Positions 1 through 13,520 of a stretch of 64,000 bases of DNA are shown piece by piece. Made by a program: the position numbers and the translations under genes. The DNA is from Phoronis australis (lineage: Eukaryota; Animalia; Phoronida): contig NMRA01000486.1 in NCBI GenBank assembly GCA_002633005.1, forward strand, positions 56,237 through 120,236. The letters are read 5' to 3'. Under the pieces are notes generated by a model, which worked only from the letters and a program-made list of their open reading frames with translations, ran no database searches and was not told where the DNA came from. Positions within the stretch are counted from its first letter, which is position 1, and the number at the start of each line of letters is the position of its first letter.

Positions 1-182
1 AATGTAAATAATTACGTTCAGTACTCAAAAAAATAGTTGAGCGCTAATCATATACATGTAAATTTCTGGTCATGTGATACTTTTCTATCATCGCATTAAA
101 ATCCGTTCTCATGAGTGAAGATTTTGAAAAGAAAAACGTCTGTCGTTGTTGATCTTTGTCCTATGATGACGTGTACTTTCAG

Positions 183-284
183 GAACCGTCCCTGTTTGCT
201 GTGGCCAAACTGTTGGAGACTGGACTGGTCAATCTAGTGAGAGTGGAGGTATTGTGGAGACCAGTCACGGCTCACCTGCTGGAG
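183..284 (+). CDS. MON2: Internal coding exon of MON2 (endosome-to-Golgi trafficking regulator, Arf-GEF-like family)
   Basis: Acceptor tactttcAG|(183) and donor (284)|GTGAGT, phase 0, 102 nt. Translates [34 protein letters not shown], which closely matches the vertebrate MON2 segment as I recall it ([34 protein letters not shown]). Too short to appear in the ORF track. Confidence 0.9.
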
Positions 285-599
285 GTGAGTACTGATTCAC
301 TTGACTGAGCACGTAGGGGGCAACAAAAATAGATACTAATATCGTCCCCTTGCTTCTTATTGGGATTCGTTCATTCTTGTTGACCTTTGACATTTAGCAA
401 TAAGCATTTCCGTGGACATGCCTGACAGAAGAAATGTGCTCTTGTGGTCACTGCCTTATTCCTTTTGCTTGCAATCCGTAATTGTTATCCACACTCAGAC
501 TTAACTTAGGGCAAGTTATTCCTGGAACGATTTGTTGATTGGTTTGAGTGCTGATTGGATGCTATTTAAATTAGCGCAAGTTATCTCACTTGTGATAAC

Positions 600-1170
600 T
601 TACTCCACATTATCGAGGTGGGGTAACGTGCGCTTCTTGTACTCGCTGTGTGGCCACAGAATTGGGGTAGAGCTGATTACATAACAGAATATTATCAGGT
701 GCGATTACATAACAGAATATTATCAGATGCGATTACATAACGGAAGGTCTTTTTGTGCGCCATATTCGCATCCGCTGTTCACAGATCGACAACTTCTGCC
801 TTACCCCAGTTATCGGATGTGTGTGTGTGTGTGTGGTGTGCGTGTGTGCGTGTGTGTGTGTGGTGTGCGTGTGTATGTGGTNGTGGCACTAGGTCAAGTT
901 GTTCTAGGACGGGACAGTGGTTCCTTAAAATTCTCGAGTTAGGGAAAGCTAAAAATATTTTTCGTTTTGCTCAAGTTGTAAGCTTGTACCAAATTGTAGA
1001 AAGAGGCATTACGTTCGTCCCAAATTCAAGAATTTCCATAATGAATAAAACGATGAAAACGGCGTCGGTGGCCATTTTGAATGATTTTATGAACTGCCTA
1101 GTTTATTTTCATACTTCAGTGATACAAAATCCCATGCCCAATATTTGAGTAATATGGTGAACGCCAAAAC
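600..1170 (+). mobile_element. Probable Helentron/DINE-1-like non-autonomous element (degenerate) containing a (GT)n microsatellite
   Basis: Hairpin TTACTCCAC..GTGGGGTAA at 600-627, tandem duplication gattacataacagaatattatcag at 675-740, (GT)n/(GTGC)n at 817-880, then a core with 'cttgtaccaaattg' and 'gcgtcggtggccattttgaa' motifs typical of such elements. 3' end not located. Confidence 0.35.
817..880. repeat. Compound (GT)n/(GCGT)n microsatellite
   Basis: Visible directly in the sequence. Confidence 0.95.
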
Positions 1171-2947
1171 TACCTATGTCCCTGTGGTCAAAATCAAACT
1201 GAATTTCTGTGTCACAAACTTTAGATACTGTCCCAAACTTGTTCCTCCTGCAATTATATAAAGATACGTGCTGCACAGATCTTTAATTAGTAAAATATGC
1301 AAAAAGGTTTTAGGGAAGATGACCTGTCTCTTCTCTCTGGCAATTAAATCCGCTGCCTTAATGTTGCGCCTGTGTTCATTTTTTTGCGTAATTATTTGCT
1401 TATGAATTAATGTCACAAGTTGAAGGCATGATGGCACTTGTGCAGCTGTGACCACAAAAAAATATTGTCAAAGTCCTCTCGCACTAAACTGGTAATTATC
1501 TCCCATTGTCATAACCAGGAAGTGAACTATTCACCTTGTGCTCATGCTCTCATGCCTACGCACGACCTCAAAGGTTTTTCAAATCTCACCAATTTTGGAC
1601 GAAATTAATATCCAAGAGTAGCCCTTGGTCATCTCTGTTTTTGCAAACAGCCACAATTTTTCAAAATGTCTGGTGGTGGCTAGGGCACACAACTTGAATG
1701 TGGCTAAGGATTGGTGTGGTGCGACATCTTTGGTGAAAAAATGAGAAAACACAATTTCACTCGTCCACTTTTTCGTTTCTGAAATTGTTGAGATTCCATC
1801 TAAGTACATTTTAACTAGCAGCGCTGTCAGTTTTGATTATTTTGTTTTGCTCTGGTAACATTCCTAACCAATGCACTGGAATATATGTAACACATGTGGC
1901 CTGCTGTCAATCCATTATGGATGCAGCTGCATGCGCAGCGACCCCTAGTGGTAGTATCTTGATTCACTGATATTGTTGCTCAGTTCTAATGGTGAGAACT
2001 GTGTTGGTTACACCTATGTCCCATAGTGAGATACACATGCATGTGCTTACTCCGCACACCTAGGTGCATTTGTGCATAATTATTGGCAGGACAGCGCAGC
2101 ATTGTGGTTTGTGCCTCAGTTGTGCGAGTTTTGTGTTGGCTGGCAGTCTACTAGCACTGATCTCCTGTCTCTTGCTTTCTTGCTTTCTTGTACTCGGTCT
2201 CGAGTATGTATAAGAGAATGAACCAAGCGACAATATATTAATGACATTTGTGGGTAGGAGTAGCCAGCAGTGATTAGGCTGTCTGCCTTGTTAATTGTTG
2301 TGTATGCGATCCAATGACATCACATAATGACGTCATGTGTAAGTGGAAAGTTTTCAAATTATCTGTCAATAAAGTAACGTTTGGTCGAATTGTGTACTCT
2401 TTTTTGGATTGGTTGTTCATCATGTCTGACCAAAGAATGTCATTTTGTCACAGCTCTACGGCGTCTAGAAGTAGATCAGTCTTCAAGAAATGATCGATGA
2501 GTTTTGTACAAACTTGTGCGTCTTCATTCAAAGGCGTTAACAAAAATCACCACGGAAACTGTTAGTTCTTTATTGACTTTTTTGGAGTTGAATGTATTTG
2601 TCAAGTTTTTGCATGAAAATTACAGTTAACCTGGAGTAAGGGACAAGCAGGTGTATTCCCATATTAAAAGGTATGGGTTATGCAACCATGTGCTTAATAT
2701 AAGGTGCTTCATATTTTATGCAACCAGCTCAGGGGATTATGGAATGATCATATTGTGTCTTTAAAGAAAGTCAAACCAGAAGATGTTGACCAAGTAATAG
2801 ATCGATAGCCGGACTTTGTTGTGGGCGTCCTTTAATGAAGGCTGGTAGTCGAAATTTTATAGCAATATTCTACAAACTGTTTGAATTTCTGTCAGCAACT
2901 TCATCGTGATTTACGTCTTGGTACAACAACGTTAAACCGCAATAGAA

Positions 2948-3300
2948 TATTTATTTATTTATTTATTGTGTGATATTTAAAATGAGGGTGGCCTCTTCAG
3001 TGATAGCACTGCTTTCTAAGAGGGCCCTCAACAAGAAAAACAGTAATATAATACAATGAAGTAATAAAACAACAATGAAATATACGAAACAAAGATACAA
3101 TTAAGACAGGTTGATAATTAAGACAATAACTAAATGACGAATAATGGTAAACATTTGAATAAGACAGATGAAATAAATTAAGAGATCACTCTAGACAGTG
3201 AGAGTATTTACGACAGTGAAAAAATGACATGATTAAGACAGGCAGGGTATAAAAGGTTAGGTAAATTAATATCAAAAAAATTGGAATTCTTTAATTAACA
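2948..3300 (-). mobile_element. 3' end of an L2/CR1-group LINE (or a SINE sharing its tail)
   Basis: Minus strand reads GAGGGCCCTCTTAGAAAGCAGTGCTATCACTGAAGAGGCCACCCTC...(AATA)n: a terminal stem-loop plus a short-repeat tail, preceded by a T-rich UTR. The 5' boundary is approximate. Confidence 0.55.
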
Positions 3301-6039
3301 CTGCGTATTGATTAGATATCGAAGACGCTCGTGTCTTCAGTTACGTATCATACTCGCACATTGTTTCATTATCAAGTCAAGCGACAACTTTGTATTGTCT
3401 TGGTGAAAGTTTACATGATTTTGTACGTTCTAGGAAAACGATTCGAGTGAATCGCTCCAGGGGACTTTTGTTTTAAGCTACGGTCTCTTTGGGAGGTTTT
3501 ATTGATACTAAACGCATGCCTTTGTTGACTTTAGAAACGAGCACTTGGTGAATGTACTGTGTAATCCAAACTTAGGTTAATCAAGTGTGGTCTCATAAGG
3601 TTAGTGTCAGGTTACTGTTTGAAGTGTTCTATATTGTTTGATATTTCTGGAATGCTGTTGAAAGTTCTTGGAAGTGAAAGATGGTAACGAAGTAATGAAG
3701 CGAAGCGTGGAAGGGTTCTCACTGCTCAAAGAAAATGGCTGCAAAACTCTTGGAAAATGAGAAAAGTGGTAGAAAAGTCACGGAAAATTTCATTGAAGCT
3801 TCTAATTTTGCATGTCGTGCTGAGAATTCATGAATTCATTTATTAAATGCTCAACAAATATGGGTGTTAAAATAGAAGATAATACTTTATGTCTACGTTT
3901 TTTGAAAAAAATAACTTGTGGAGAATGAAAATATTAAGAATCAGCGAAAGTTAACGAAAAATTCATGGAATATCCTGGAAATTCGTAGAAATTGAAAATT
4001 GCATGTGGAAAATGAAAATTGTATCCTGGAAAATTTATGGAAAATTCATGGAAAATGGAAGTCATATCCTGGAAAACTCATGGGAAACTCTGGGAAAGCC
4101 GATGGGAAATGAAACTGCGATGCGAGTGGCAACATTTCTAAGGGTGAACTCATCTGATAGTTGTGGACATCATACATATCTCCAGTACAGTATTGATCTT
4201 GCTGGCAAATTAAAAAAACTGAACGATGCACATTTATCTGATCAACCTTGATTAGTCTCTAGCACCTGGTCTAACAATGCTAACGTACTTGGCATAGGCT
4301 CAGATTAATCCCACACAAATTAGCCTTTTGTGGCTAACCTGGTGACAGCCACATTGTGAAAGTTGACGGTTTTTCTAAGTATTACTGTGGTTCATCGCAC
4401 CTTTCAGCTGCACCGACATAACTGTGTTTCATCTCATCCTCCTTTCAAGTGCACCGACATACCACCCCCCCCCCCCCNCCGTCAGTTGTACCAACATAAC
4501 CATAGTTTGGCCTCTTACAACATTTTGGGTAAAAATTGTTTATGAATTCGACTACGCATGCCATGCGGCAGTTATGAAAAGAATTATTATGTGATGAAAT
4601 CCTCATGTTTTCCCAAGTAGACTTTTGTTTTTAAAAGTGTCTATCATTTGAATATTTCATAGGTTCCTCTTGCTTGAATCTTGTCTCCAAGCCAAGGTGT
4701 CATAACCATGGCAGTCAATGTACAAAAGCTAAACATAGACACCTTCTGGAAAGCTGATGAGAAAAAAATTATATTTGTATTCCAGAAAGCCGTATTCAAA
4801 TTTTTTTCTGCTTTATCCAGTATCTTATCCAACATGTGTTATTGCTTCATTGCTGTTTCCAATGATGCGAATATGTTACATAGTGTATACCTGTCGTTCC
4901 TGATGTTAGGGTACTACAGATGGTGCATGTATCATAGCTGTGTTGTTGAAATAACTGATGGGACAGAGCCCTAAATGTGTACTGCTGGACCACAAGAGTT
5001 CCAATGGTTTTATGGACCTTTAGTTCCATTCTCTGTGCTTCAGTCTCTCGATGATGAAGTGTCAAACACATCTGGGCCTGTCCTCTGGGATCAGGGGGGT
5101 CCCTAATTTGTGGTTGTTGACCCCTGGATTCCAGTCTATGGGATTCAGTAATCTTAGGGGAGGGGTACATTTTTATTTCTAGTCTGCCATCATTATTAAA
5201 TGGACAGGTGCCGTTAAGTGAGTGTGTTCTGCAGTGGCCCAGGTCCTGTGTGCTTGTCAACTCCAAGCACATCTCTTTCTTCATCTGTGGAAGGACAAGC
5301 ACCATTGCATTTGATATTCTGGTTTGCTGACTTTCTAAAACCGCTCTGACATGGTGGTGTGTTATAACTATTATTAAAATCTCTTGGTCTATTTACACCG
5401 ACCTCTTGTCTATTTACACTGTCACGATGTTTCGACCGGTCTATTCTCCGGCCATCGTCAGGTGTTCCCGCGTTCTTAGAAGAACGAGCACTGATATGTG
5501 GTACACTCATGGTGTGAGGTTTGCTGTTTGTTTGATGACCTCTGAACCTCACTCCCTGCTTATCAGCGAAGGGACGGACAATGCTTGATATATTTTGTTG
5601 GAGGAAGGGTCTAATGTCTGCTTCTGACACCGTGATTGCTACTCTGTGCTCATTGCTGTTCCCTGTTCTGTGGACCCAGTTTCTGATGCCTGATGACGTC
5701 ACTTGTCAGCAGAATTGTAAATGGTTTGAAATTAATTTCCTCTCAGTAATTATCTCTCCCATATTGGCGATTAAAGACATGTTAAATGATGTAGCCCTTG
5801 GCTATATGTTCTGACCATTAGCAAATCAAAAGGTTCTTTTTTGTTCTATTGCCCCCCTGAATGTCATACTAGTTTTGAAGCCCGTATTAAGTTGTGCTCT
5901 CGGTTAGGTGGTATTAGGTTTTATTTAAATGATAGCCTATTGACGCGGTGTTCTTCATTGTTTTCTTAGTAAAATTATTCTCCTGCAACATCACATATAG
6001 TGTGCATTAAGTACGCAAATGTCAACCGACATCAGTCCA

Positions 6040-7320
6040 ACTTCAAAATATGTCAGTCATACTTCAACACTTGAAGTGAAACTTCAGCGTGCAAGTTGGG
6101 CTTCAATGCTTGTCAAACAAGGCTTCGGCATTTCGGTCAAGCTTCAATGCTTGTTTGAAACTCGAACCCAGAATCCTCACCATACGAGACACAATTTGGA
6201 GGAATTTTTGAAGAAAAGTTGCGAAATAAGATAGATGTTGGTGGATTGACTTGCACATCTGAACTGTAATTAGTGTATGTGACAATATGGTTGACTTTTA
6301 CCTCAGAACCTCTTCTCTCACTAGGTGTCAGTGGTCGGTCTTGCGCGGCTTGGTCCCATGTAAATGAACAAGATTTTTCACCTATATATTGGGGATATCC
6401 TGAAATGACCGACATCAAAATATAAGATCTGTTTCATGGATTTAACTTAGGTTTCTGGGGAATGGTCACTTTTCTCCACTGAATTACGTCATTCAAACTG
6501 GTTCTCAAAATACGGGCACACGATTTGCGACTGTTGACGGTTTGTGAAATTGGAATCATTAGTTTCTTTTGTACAATTTGAATTATGGTAGAGAAATTCC
6601 CATTTTCGGAGAGTGCTTTTTGGTCAAAGAGTATCAAGGCTATCACTCATGTTTTTTCTATGACATTCAGGTATATCCATGCATTGGGTAATTCCCTGGT
6701 GCATAAGCCATGGAAATTTTATAACTTTTGGTAATAGGCTGATATCTCAGTCACAACTGGATGGTCAAAACTTTGTAGCTTTGACATGGTGCTGCCAACT
6801 TTTGCGGGTTTTCTCTCTCAAATGCTTGTCACGGAAACTTGAGTCCATAACTTTCAACATATGAGTCAAACTTCAACGTGTGTCATGATAATGCAACTAA
6901 GAAGTCATTGACAAGTTAAAATACTCGACACAAACCTTGAGTCAAGCTTCAATATTTATTAATTTCTGCATATGAGTCAATCTTCAAAGCTTAATGAAAC
7001 TTCAGGGTATAGGTCATTAAACTTTTATTGTCACGGAACGTCAGCATACAAACCAAACTTCAACGCTTGTAATTAAACTTCGGGGTTGAAGTCAATACTT
7101 GTTGCAAAACTTCAGGATACACGCCTTCAATGCTTGTCATGAAACTTCAGTGGTGAACTCAGTGCTTGTCATGAAACTTCAGCGGTCAACTCAGTGCTTG
7201 TCATGAAACTTCAGCGGTCAACTCAGTGCTTGTCATGAAACTTCAGCGGTCAACTCAGTGCTTGTCATGAAACTTCAGCGGTCAACTCAGTGCTTGTCGT
7301 GGAATTTCATCATACAAGCC
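6040..7320. repeat. Minisatellite region with a homogeneous 32-bp array at 7131-7300 flanked by degenerate units
   Basis: Unit TGCTTGTCATGAAACTTCAGCGGTCAACTCAG, 5 copies plus a partial. Related degenerate 'aaacttca..gcttgtc' units at 6040-6170 and 6820-7130. Confidence 0.9.
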
Positions 7321-8578
7321 AACCACCATTCTGTGAGCGCTAACCAGCATTAATTGATGATCAAAATGTTCTCGAGGCTTGGGAAACACTCTATCTGATG
7401 AAAATGGCATTCTCTTAAGTTTCAACAATTTGTGTCGCACGGATTTTTGTGATGTACCAAATTAGTGTTCAGCAGTTTACATCACAATGCGGTAAAATCT
7501 TGCCAGTTTCTGACGAAAAGTTGCCCTGTCCTCATTTTTCAAGGTCTTCTAACATTTTTGTGATAACTGACAGATTTTCAAAATGTCTGATGGTAGCCAT
7601 GGAGCAGATATTGATCATAGGATAGCAATAGTTTGATGTAAGCGTACTTTTAAAGTGAAACTTTTTGGTCAATTCCTTATGTCTGTGATTGCTTGGTCAA
7701 ATTAGTTAGAAACACAAAATATTGCGATGATGTTATTATGAAGTAGATTGAAAATTGCCAAACCTGTTAAAGAATGAGTTTTGCGGTGAAAGTGATCTGC
7801 CTCAAATCACTGAATCGTGTCCAGTAAGTATCGCTACATGGTGCTAGGGCTGCGGGATTCGGGCTATGTGAACTGGCGAGGTACGTCATTAGTGCAAAGG
7901 TCACCTATGTGCATATTTTTTTGTTTTCACATTTACAAGTTGTCATACTTAGGAACGCGCAAATACATTTTTAAATGAAAACGAGATGTATAATTTCTCT
8001 TGCCGGCCATATTTTGTGCTAATTGATGACACTTAGTTGTGCAGTCGTTTGTAAGCTCCATCGATCAGCACAGTCAAGTTTTTGATTTTAACAAATTTTG
8101 TGTTTGAATGTTTGAATGTTTTGACATCTCAGGTTTCAAAAAGTACTCCATGGATGTAACCAAACTTTCAGAATAAAAAGGCCCGTATGGGTTGCGTAAC
8201 CCTGTTAATTATTAGTAAAATTTGCTTGACTGAAAGTTCTGCTGTTTTTGGAAATTGTGCGAGATTCATCGACATGACGTCATTTTCAACCCTGCGACCT
8301 CTGCTCTAGGGAGTTCAAGTAGACAGAAACTATTCTTGTGCTGTGTTCCCTCAGGTGACCATAATATGTTTTTTCTTTCAGTTTTGAGTGACAGAGTATG
8401 GGTTGGTCAATAATGTCACGTAAAGGTGAATATTATTTTTTTAATATAGAATCGCAGATGATTGACTCTGGCATTGATGAGCAACGTCCTTCAAATCAAC
8501 TGACAACCCATTTCAAATATCTATAGTATCCCTTCCAGTTTGAGGTTGACAGCTTTTTAATTTTGATAGGATGTGTGA

Positions 8579-9555
8579 TGTGAGGGGCGGAAAGGGCAAA
8601 AATTATGAAAAAATAATTCCAACCCTATTTTGTAAATTCAACTCGATTTAATAAATTCAATCCTATTTAAAATATTATTAAATCCTATTAAGTAAATTGA
8701 ATGCTACTTAAAAAAATCCTGTTTTGTTAATTCAATTCTATGTAAAACAATCCTGTTTAGAAGCGAACCCGTTTCGGAAAATCGAGCGTGTCTTACAAAA
8801 TTGACCTTGTTTTGTCAATCTTTGGGCAATTTACAAAACTAACCCTGTTACTAAAGTCGGTCGTGTTTTATAAAATTGAGTCTGTTTCATCAATCCTGTC
8901 GACGATTCCTAAAACTAACGCTGCTGTGAAACGCCGAGGTTGGCATCAGTAATTACGTCACTCCTTCCACGGCAGATCCAAATGCTCAAGCTTTTACATT
9001 TCTATCATGAACATCGTCTGCACGAATCTTTTCTTGAATATTTTTAATCTCGTTCACAGCGAGCGCCAGGGTGGGCTCAACCATGTTCAGTCATGTGATA
9101 AACTAGTTTCGCTTCCCACTGTCAATATGGGAAATAGAATCTTCAAAACAGGATAATTTTCTATTCAAACATGATTGATTTTACACGCTCAGTTTACGAA
9201 GTTTGACTCAATCTCCGCTCAGTTTAAGAATTTTGACTCAATCTCCATAACGGAATTGAATTAATGTGTGTAGCATGAATCTTTAAAATAGCATCTGACT
9301 TCATAAAAGCAATGAATCTTCTAATTTAAAACTGGATGGATTTTATTGAGTGCAATTGAATTTTCGATCTAAGATGAATTATCAAACAGATTTAATTTTT
9401 ATGTCAAATTAGGTTGAATTAATTGTGTAGTATTGAATTTATGAAACAATATTTAATTACTTTTTAAGTAGGATTGAATTTATTAAGTAGAATTAAATTT
9501 AAAAAATAGAGTTGATTTTCTTTTTTGACAATTTTTGCCATTTTCGTTCCTCATA
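8579..9555. mobile_element. Non-autonomous DNA transposon (MITE) with TIRs and inverted subterminal short-repeat arrays
   Basis: Left TGTGAGGGGCGGAAAGGGCAAAAATT pairs with right AATTTTTGCCATTTTCGTTCCTCATA. 'aaattcaatcctattt'-like repeats at 8620-8920 are mirrored by 'aggattgaattt'-like repeats at 9140-9520. Superfamily not assigned. Confidence 0.75.
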
Positions 9556-10165
9556 GTGGCATGCCACTTTAAAAATCTCGGCTCAGCATTAAGTTTATAG
9601 TTAGTATAAATGACTGCGTTGTGCTAGATGGTCACTCCAGGTCTTATACTAAATCATCAATTTCGAATAAGACTGATTAGCATAATTGACCCTTACACCA
9701 ATTCATCAATTTTGAATAAGAATGATTAGCATAATTGACCATTTATCATTTAGATTCTGACGCGAATTTCTCCAATTTTCTTAAATATTGTGCGATGCTG
9801 TCTTCTGTGCAGAATGGGCATCCATTATTGGTGGAGCTTACATGTGATAAAAAATAAGATCCTAAAATTTTGTATTTTGTATTGCTTCCTATGTTGGCGA
9901 GGTTTTGCTTCATTTTTTGTGACTTTTAGTAATAGAAAGTTTACCACATTACATAGGGAACTTGTTGTGGCTGGCTCTCTGTGCCTTTTACACAGAGCAG
10001 CCAACACAAGGCGAGTTGACACGGAACGAGTTGACACGGAACGAGTTGTCACTAGTGTCTATTTTGTCACCAGCTTTTGAGGTAGAGCAAATTGTACTTG
10101 ATTGTCTTGATGTGATCATGTTGTCTACGCTTACACAATGGCGTACGTACGGGTGACCATGTTGT

Positions 10166-10390
10166 CAGCAGTGTGGCCTAGAGTGATAAGTGCTCGCCTC
10201 TTTACACAAGGTCATGGGTTCGAGTCCCACTGGGGCACTCTGCTGGAACTTGAGTCGGGTCTTTAGCCCCCGAACTCGGTATTATCTATTAATAAAGCAT
10301 AAAAATTATTCCAAGTTATCAGTACAATGGCCCACCCGAGTGGCCTGTGTACATCTGGTACAACGTGCAATTATTTTATTTATATTTTTG
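10166..10390 (+). mobile_element. tRNA-derived SINE, family A, older and more diverged copy
   Basis: A box TGGCCTAGAGTG and B box GGTTCGAGTCCC. Body is homologous to the copies at 25276-25537 and 51783-52028 (aataaagcataaaaat..ttcca..atcagt.caatgg). T-rich tail. Confidence 0.85.
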
Positions 10391-12949
10391 TGTCATATCT
10401 GTGCCTGTCTTCCTTTGCCTTTTACTTGTATAATTCAGTCGTTGCCGATCTAAATGCTTTCTGTCTCTAAGTATATAAAAACTTGTATCATTTTCTCTTT
10501 CTCAACATAAACCACAAATTTTTACCTTGAGCACTCAACATTCTTGCCAACAGCTTCCACTCATGCTTTCTGAGTTGTTTGTCTAAACGGTGGCAGTTCG
10601 ATCGCCGAGTCATCTTGCGCTACATCAGTTTGTACTGTGTCACTGTTTAGGTCTACCTGAGCTGTGCAGAATTAAATGATCATAGTGTTTGTTGACAGTT
10701 TGAGTGAGATCAATTCAACTACTTTCACAACTGGCCAACGCACGGTTGTACACGAGTGTGAGTACGTTTTGGGCCACCCTGTAGAACTCAAACGTCAGTA
10801 TAGCACCTGCAGTTTGCATTCAATAGGGTCGTCCCGTATTACACAGAAACACTTGAATTTCGCTGTAGTTACCAAACTATGCTGTAAACAATTGTCAGGC
10901 ATATTTACTGCCTCTTTTTTGTGCCATTGGAGTTTTACTTGGTATTTTTTGTCTGATTCTTTATAATTTTTTTCCGGTTGCATTATTCTATTCATCCATC
11001 CAATGCCAACAAACTTTTATTGCTGTGTTGTGGGCTGCACCTCCAACGTGAGAAAGTTTGATTAACTGGACAAATACGTGATGTGAAATTCTTCGCCTTC
11101 CCGACATGAATGAGAGACGCAAAATGTGCCTAATTTCCAAAATGAGGTCATGTGCTTTCTCATTTCCGGGACAAAGGAGTTCTACCAGTGTGCAATCTGG
11201 GACTGGCCTATTCCTTTGAATCCAACTGCACCCGGGTCTATTACCTAGATACACATTTCTGGCCAAATACTGTTAGATGCTTGAGATTGTGCATGCTCAG
11301 TAGGCAAACAAATGACACAAATGTTTTGAAGACTGAATGTTTAACGCACAGTGAGAAGGGAAACTTTATTTAGTGACGTGTAGAGACAATTAACCATCTC
11401 CCATTGTTAGCAAACAATGCATTTATTTGGTTTTTAAGGCAATTTCTTCTTTAGTCACTTTTGAGTTAATAAAGAATGCAGTTGTATTTTCTGAAAGTAG
11501 AAGACAAGACACGCCCTTTCATTCGCAATGTTCCATTCCTATGGTCCTGTGACCTCGTATTTTTCGTAAAAATGTTGGTTTTAAAGATACATTATTTCTT
11601 CAAACTTTATATTAAAACTTTGATGACAGTTATGATGAAAAACCACGGTTGTGTCGGGGATTTTCCACTACTCCAGCCGTTTTTTAATCTAAAATATATA
11701 TTGCATATGTATGTGCATTGTTTTAAAAATAACGCGAATCGTGATGTTAAATCAAACATAAAAATCAATGAAACCTCTTGTGAAAAGTGTGAAGTACATT
11801 TTTCACATTGATAGTTTGTGCTGTTAGCAATGTCAAGCACTAGTAGTATCAGTGATCTTTTCCTCAAGATATATTTCAAATTATATGTCTTTACCATTTA
11901 GCAATTGCTGAAAAGTATTGTTTTGTATCAATATTTGAACACCCTCCGCTTTTATCAATATATATTCCTAACTACGCTCGTCAGTTATGACTACAAGGTA
12001 AAATCTCACTTAATTTCAGACAAAAATAATTGGCACAATTGATTTTTTTCAAAAGCTTCTGTTGTTGCCCTGGCTGCTTATAAGTTCTGTCGAAATATTT
12101 CCTGGTAGTAGTCACGACACTCTTATTTAGTTCATGCTACTTACCATTTATGAAAAACATGATAAAAAATCAATTTCTCTTGGGGGTTTTCTCATCCCAG
12201 CATTCTACCTATCGTCATGATTTTTTTATTGATGGCTTAACTGACCAATCAGAATGCAGCATTCTTGACACGCCTTCGTTTCCAAGCCGCCATTTTACCC
12301 GATAAACAACATGATGTCGGGTAAAATTTATTGTTTGTTTGCCGGATGTCACATGACTTTTCGCAAGGCAGCAGAGCTAGTGATAAGTCAGTTCAGTGTT
12401 AAGTTGACAAACTTCTGAGACTGGATGGGTTAGCCAAGTGGGTTACGGACTTATACACATGCTATTCATCTTCAGTTCTGAAGAAATTTTCTTTTAACAT
12501 TTTGACTTGAATATGTTCTATAATTATGAAGGAAAACGCTAAAAACTTTGAAAAAACAGTGTGGACTTCTCAGTCACATGGGGAGTGAGTGGGTTGACAA
12601 ACAGTGGGTCTTCAGTGTCTTGGGAAACTTTTGCATGACATTTGTGTTGTGGTAAACTTTTATTGGCAGGTTTTCCGCTATTTGATTGACATGTCACTGA
12701 AAAGTAGGTCTGCCATGTTTTGAAGCAGATTTTCAAAAGGAGTAGATTTTCACTAAAGAAACTCATATATTTGTATGAAATTGATTTCATTTGTAATATA
12801 ATACATATTCTTGCTTATTTTAAGTTTAAAATTTTGTTTTTGTGAAATGAGAATAAATATAACCTTAAGCAGTCGAACTCTCAGCCTTCCAATGTTATAA
12901 AGACTTTCTGGCAACAAACCAGTAAATTAGGTCTCCAAATATCTGTACT

Positions 12950-13520
12950 GGTATATCCTATCCTATCCTAAAAATTAATTGGTGCCTTATACTCTGTTCA
13001 ATAGTTGACCTTTTCAATGTCTCTTGTTAATTGCGGGTGTTAAATTATCTCTAAATGACTTTCATTACCTGAGGGTTAGATGGACATTTCGTTTCTGCAT
13101 GTGACCTGAACAGAGAATTAATGAAACCGGCTGATTACATCTATGAAACTGTTCCCAAAATCTAGTCTGCCATCGTGGTCGTTGCTTTTCACCATTGAGG
13201 CGATCCAGACATTGCAATGATGTGAAATGAGAAGGGTTTTTTGCCTTGTTACTTTGACAGTCTTGTGTACTTCCACTGTCTTAAATAATTTGTTCATAGA
13301 TGGAAATTTCTTATATGTATGTACAACACATATGTGAGTGCATAATGCCACGATCTTTGTCTGAGCATCCAACACCTGACCTCCCACGCCTAAATTGCAT
13401 GCTGCTGTGTCTCCTATAAACCCCTAGAAGGATCTTATTGAGATTTGGCTGATGCGTTCCAATGAGGCTGATGGCAGATGACTACAAGTTTCAGACCGTT
13501 CTGATTCCCTGGTGTTAATT
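12950..13520 (-). pseudogene. Highly decayed non-LTR retrotransposon ORF2 3' region (RTE-X/L2-like)
   Basis: Frameshifted minus-strand fragments LERISQ..IR/ILLGVYRR, NKLFK and PAINKRH/TIEQSI resemble the post-RT 'LE.VQ..AIR.FLGV', 'WNRL' and 'L.IETGR...E.R.C' motifs. Confidence 0.3.

Noticed and set aside
727-1148. Cys/Val-rich ORFs
   Set aside because: Translation of a (GT)n microsatellite.
4003-4251. ORF with repeated WK/ME motifs
   Set aside because: Derived from degenerate TGGAAAAT repeats, with no recognisable protein similarity.
10765-10800. miR-10-like ACCCTGTAGA
   Set aside because: No match beyond about 10 nt. It is better read as a lone Tc1/mariner-like TIR (TACAGGGTGGCCCAAAA on the minus strand) whose partner I could not find.
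11900-12870. Possible non-autonomous DNA transposon with a central CCAATCAG/GCCATTTT core
   Set aside because: Repeat-like in character, but I could not pair terminal inverted repeats or find a TSD.
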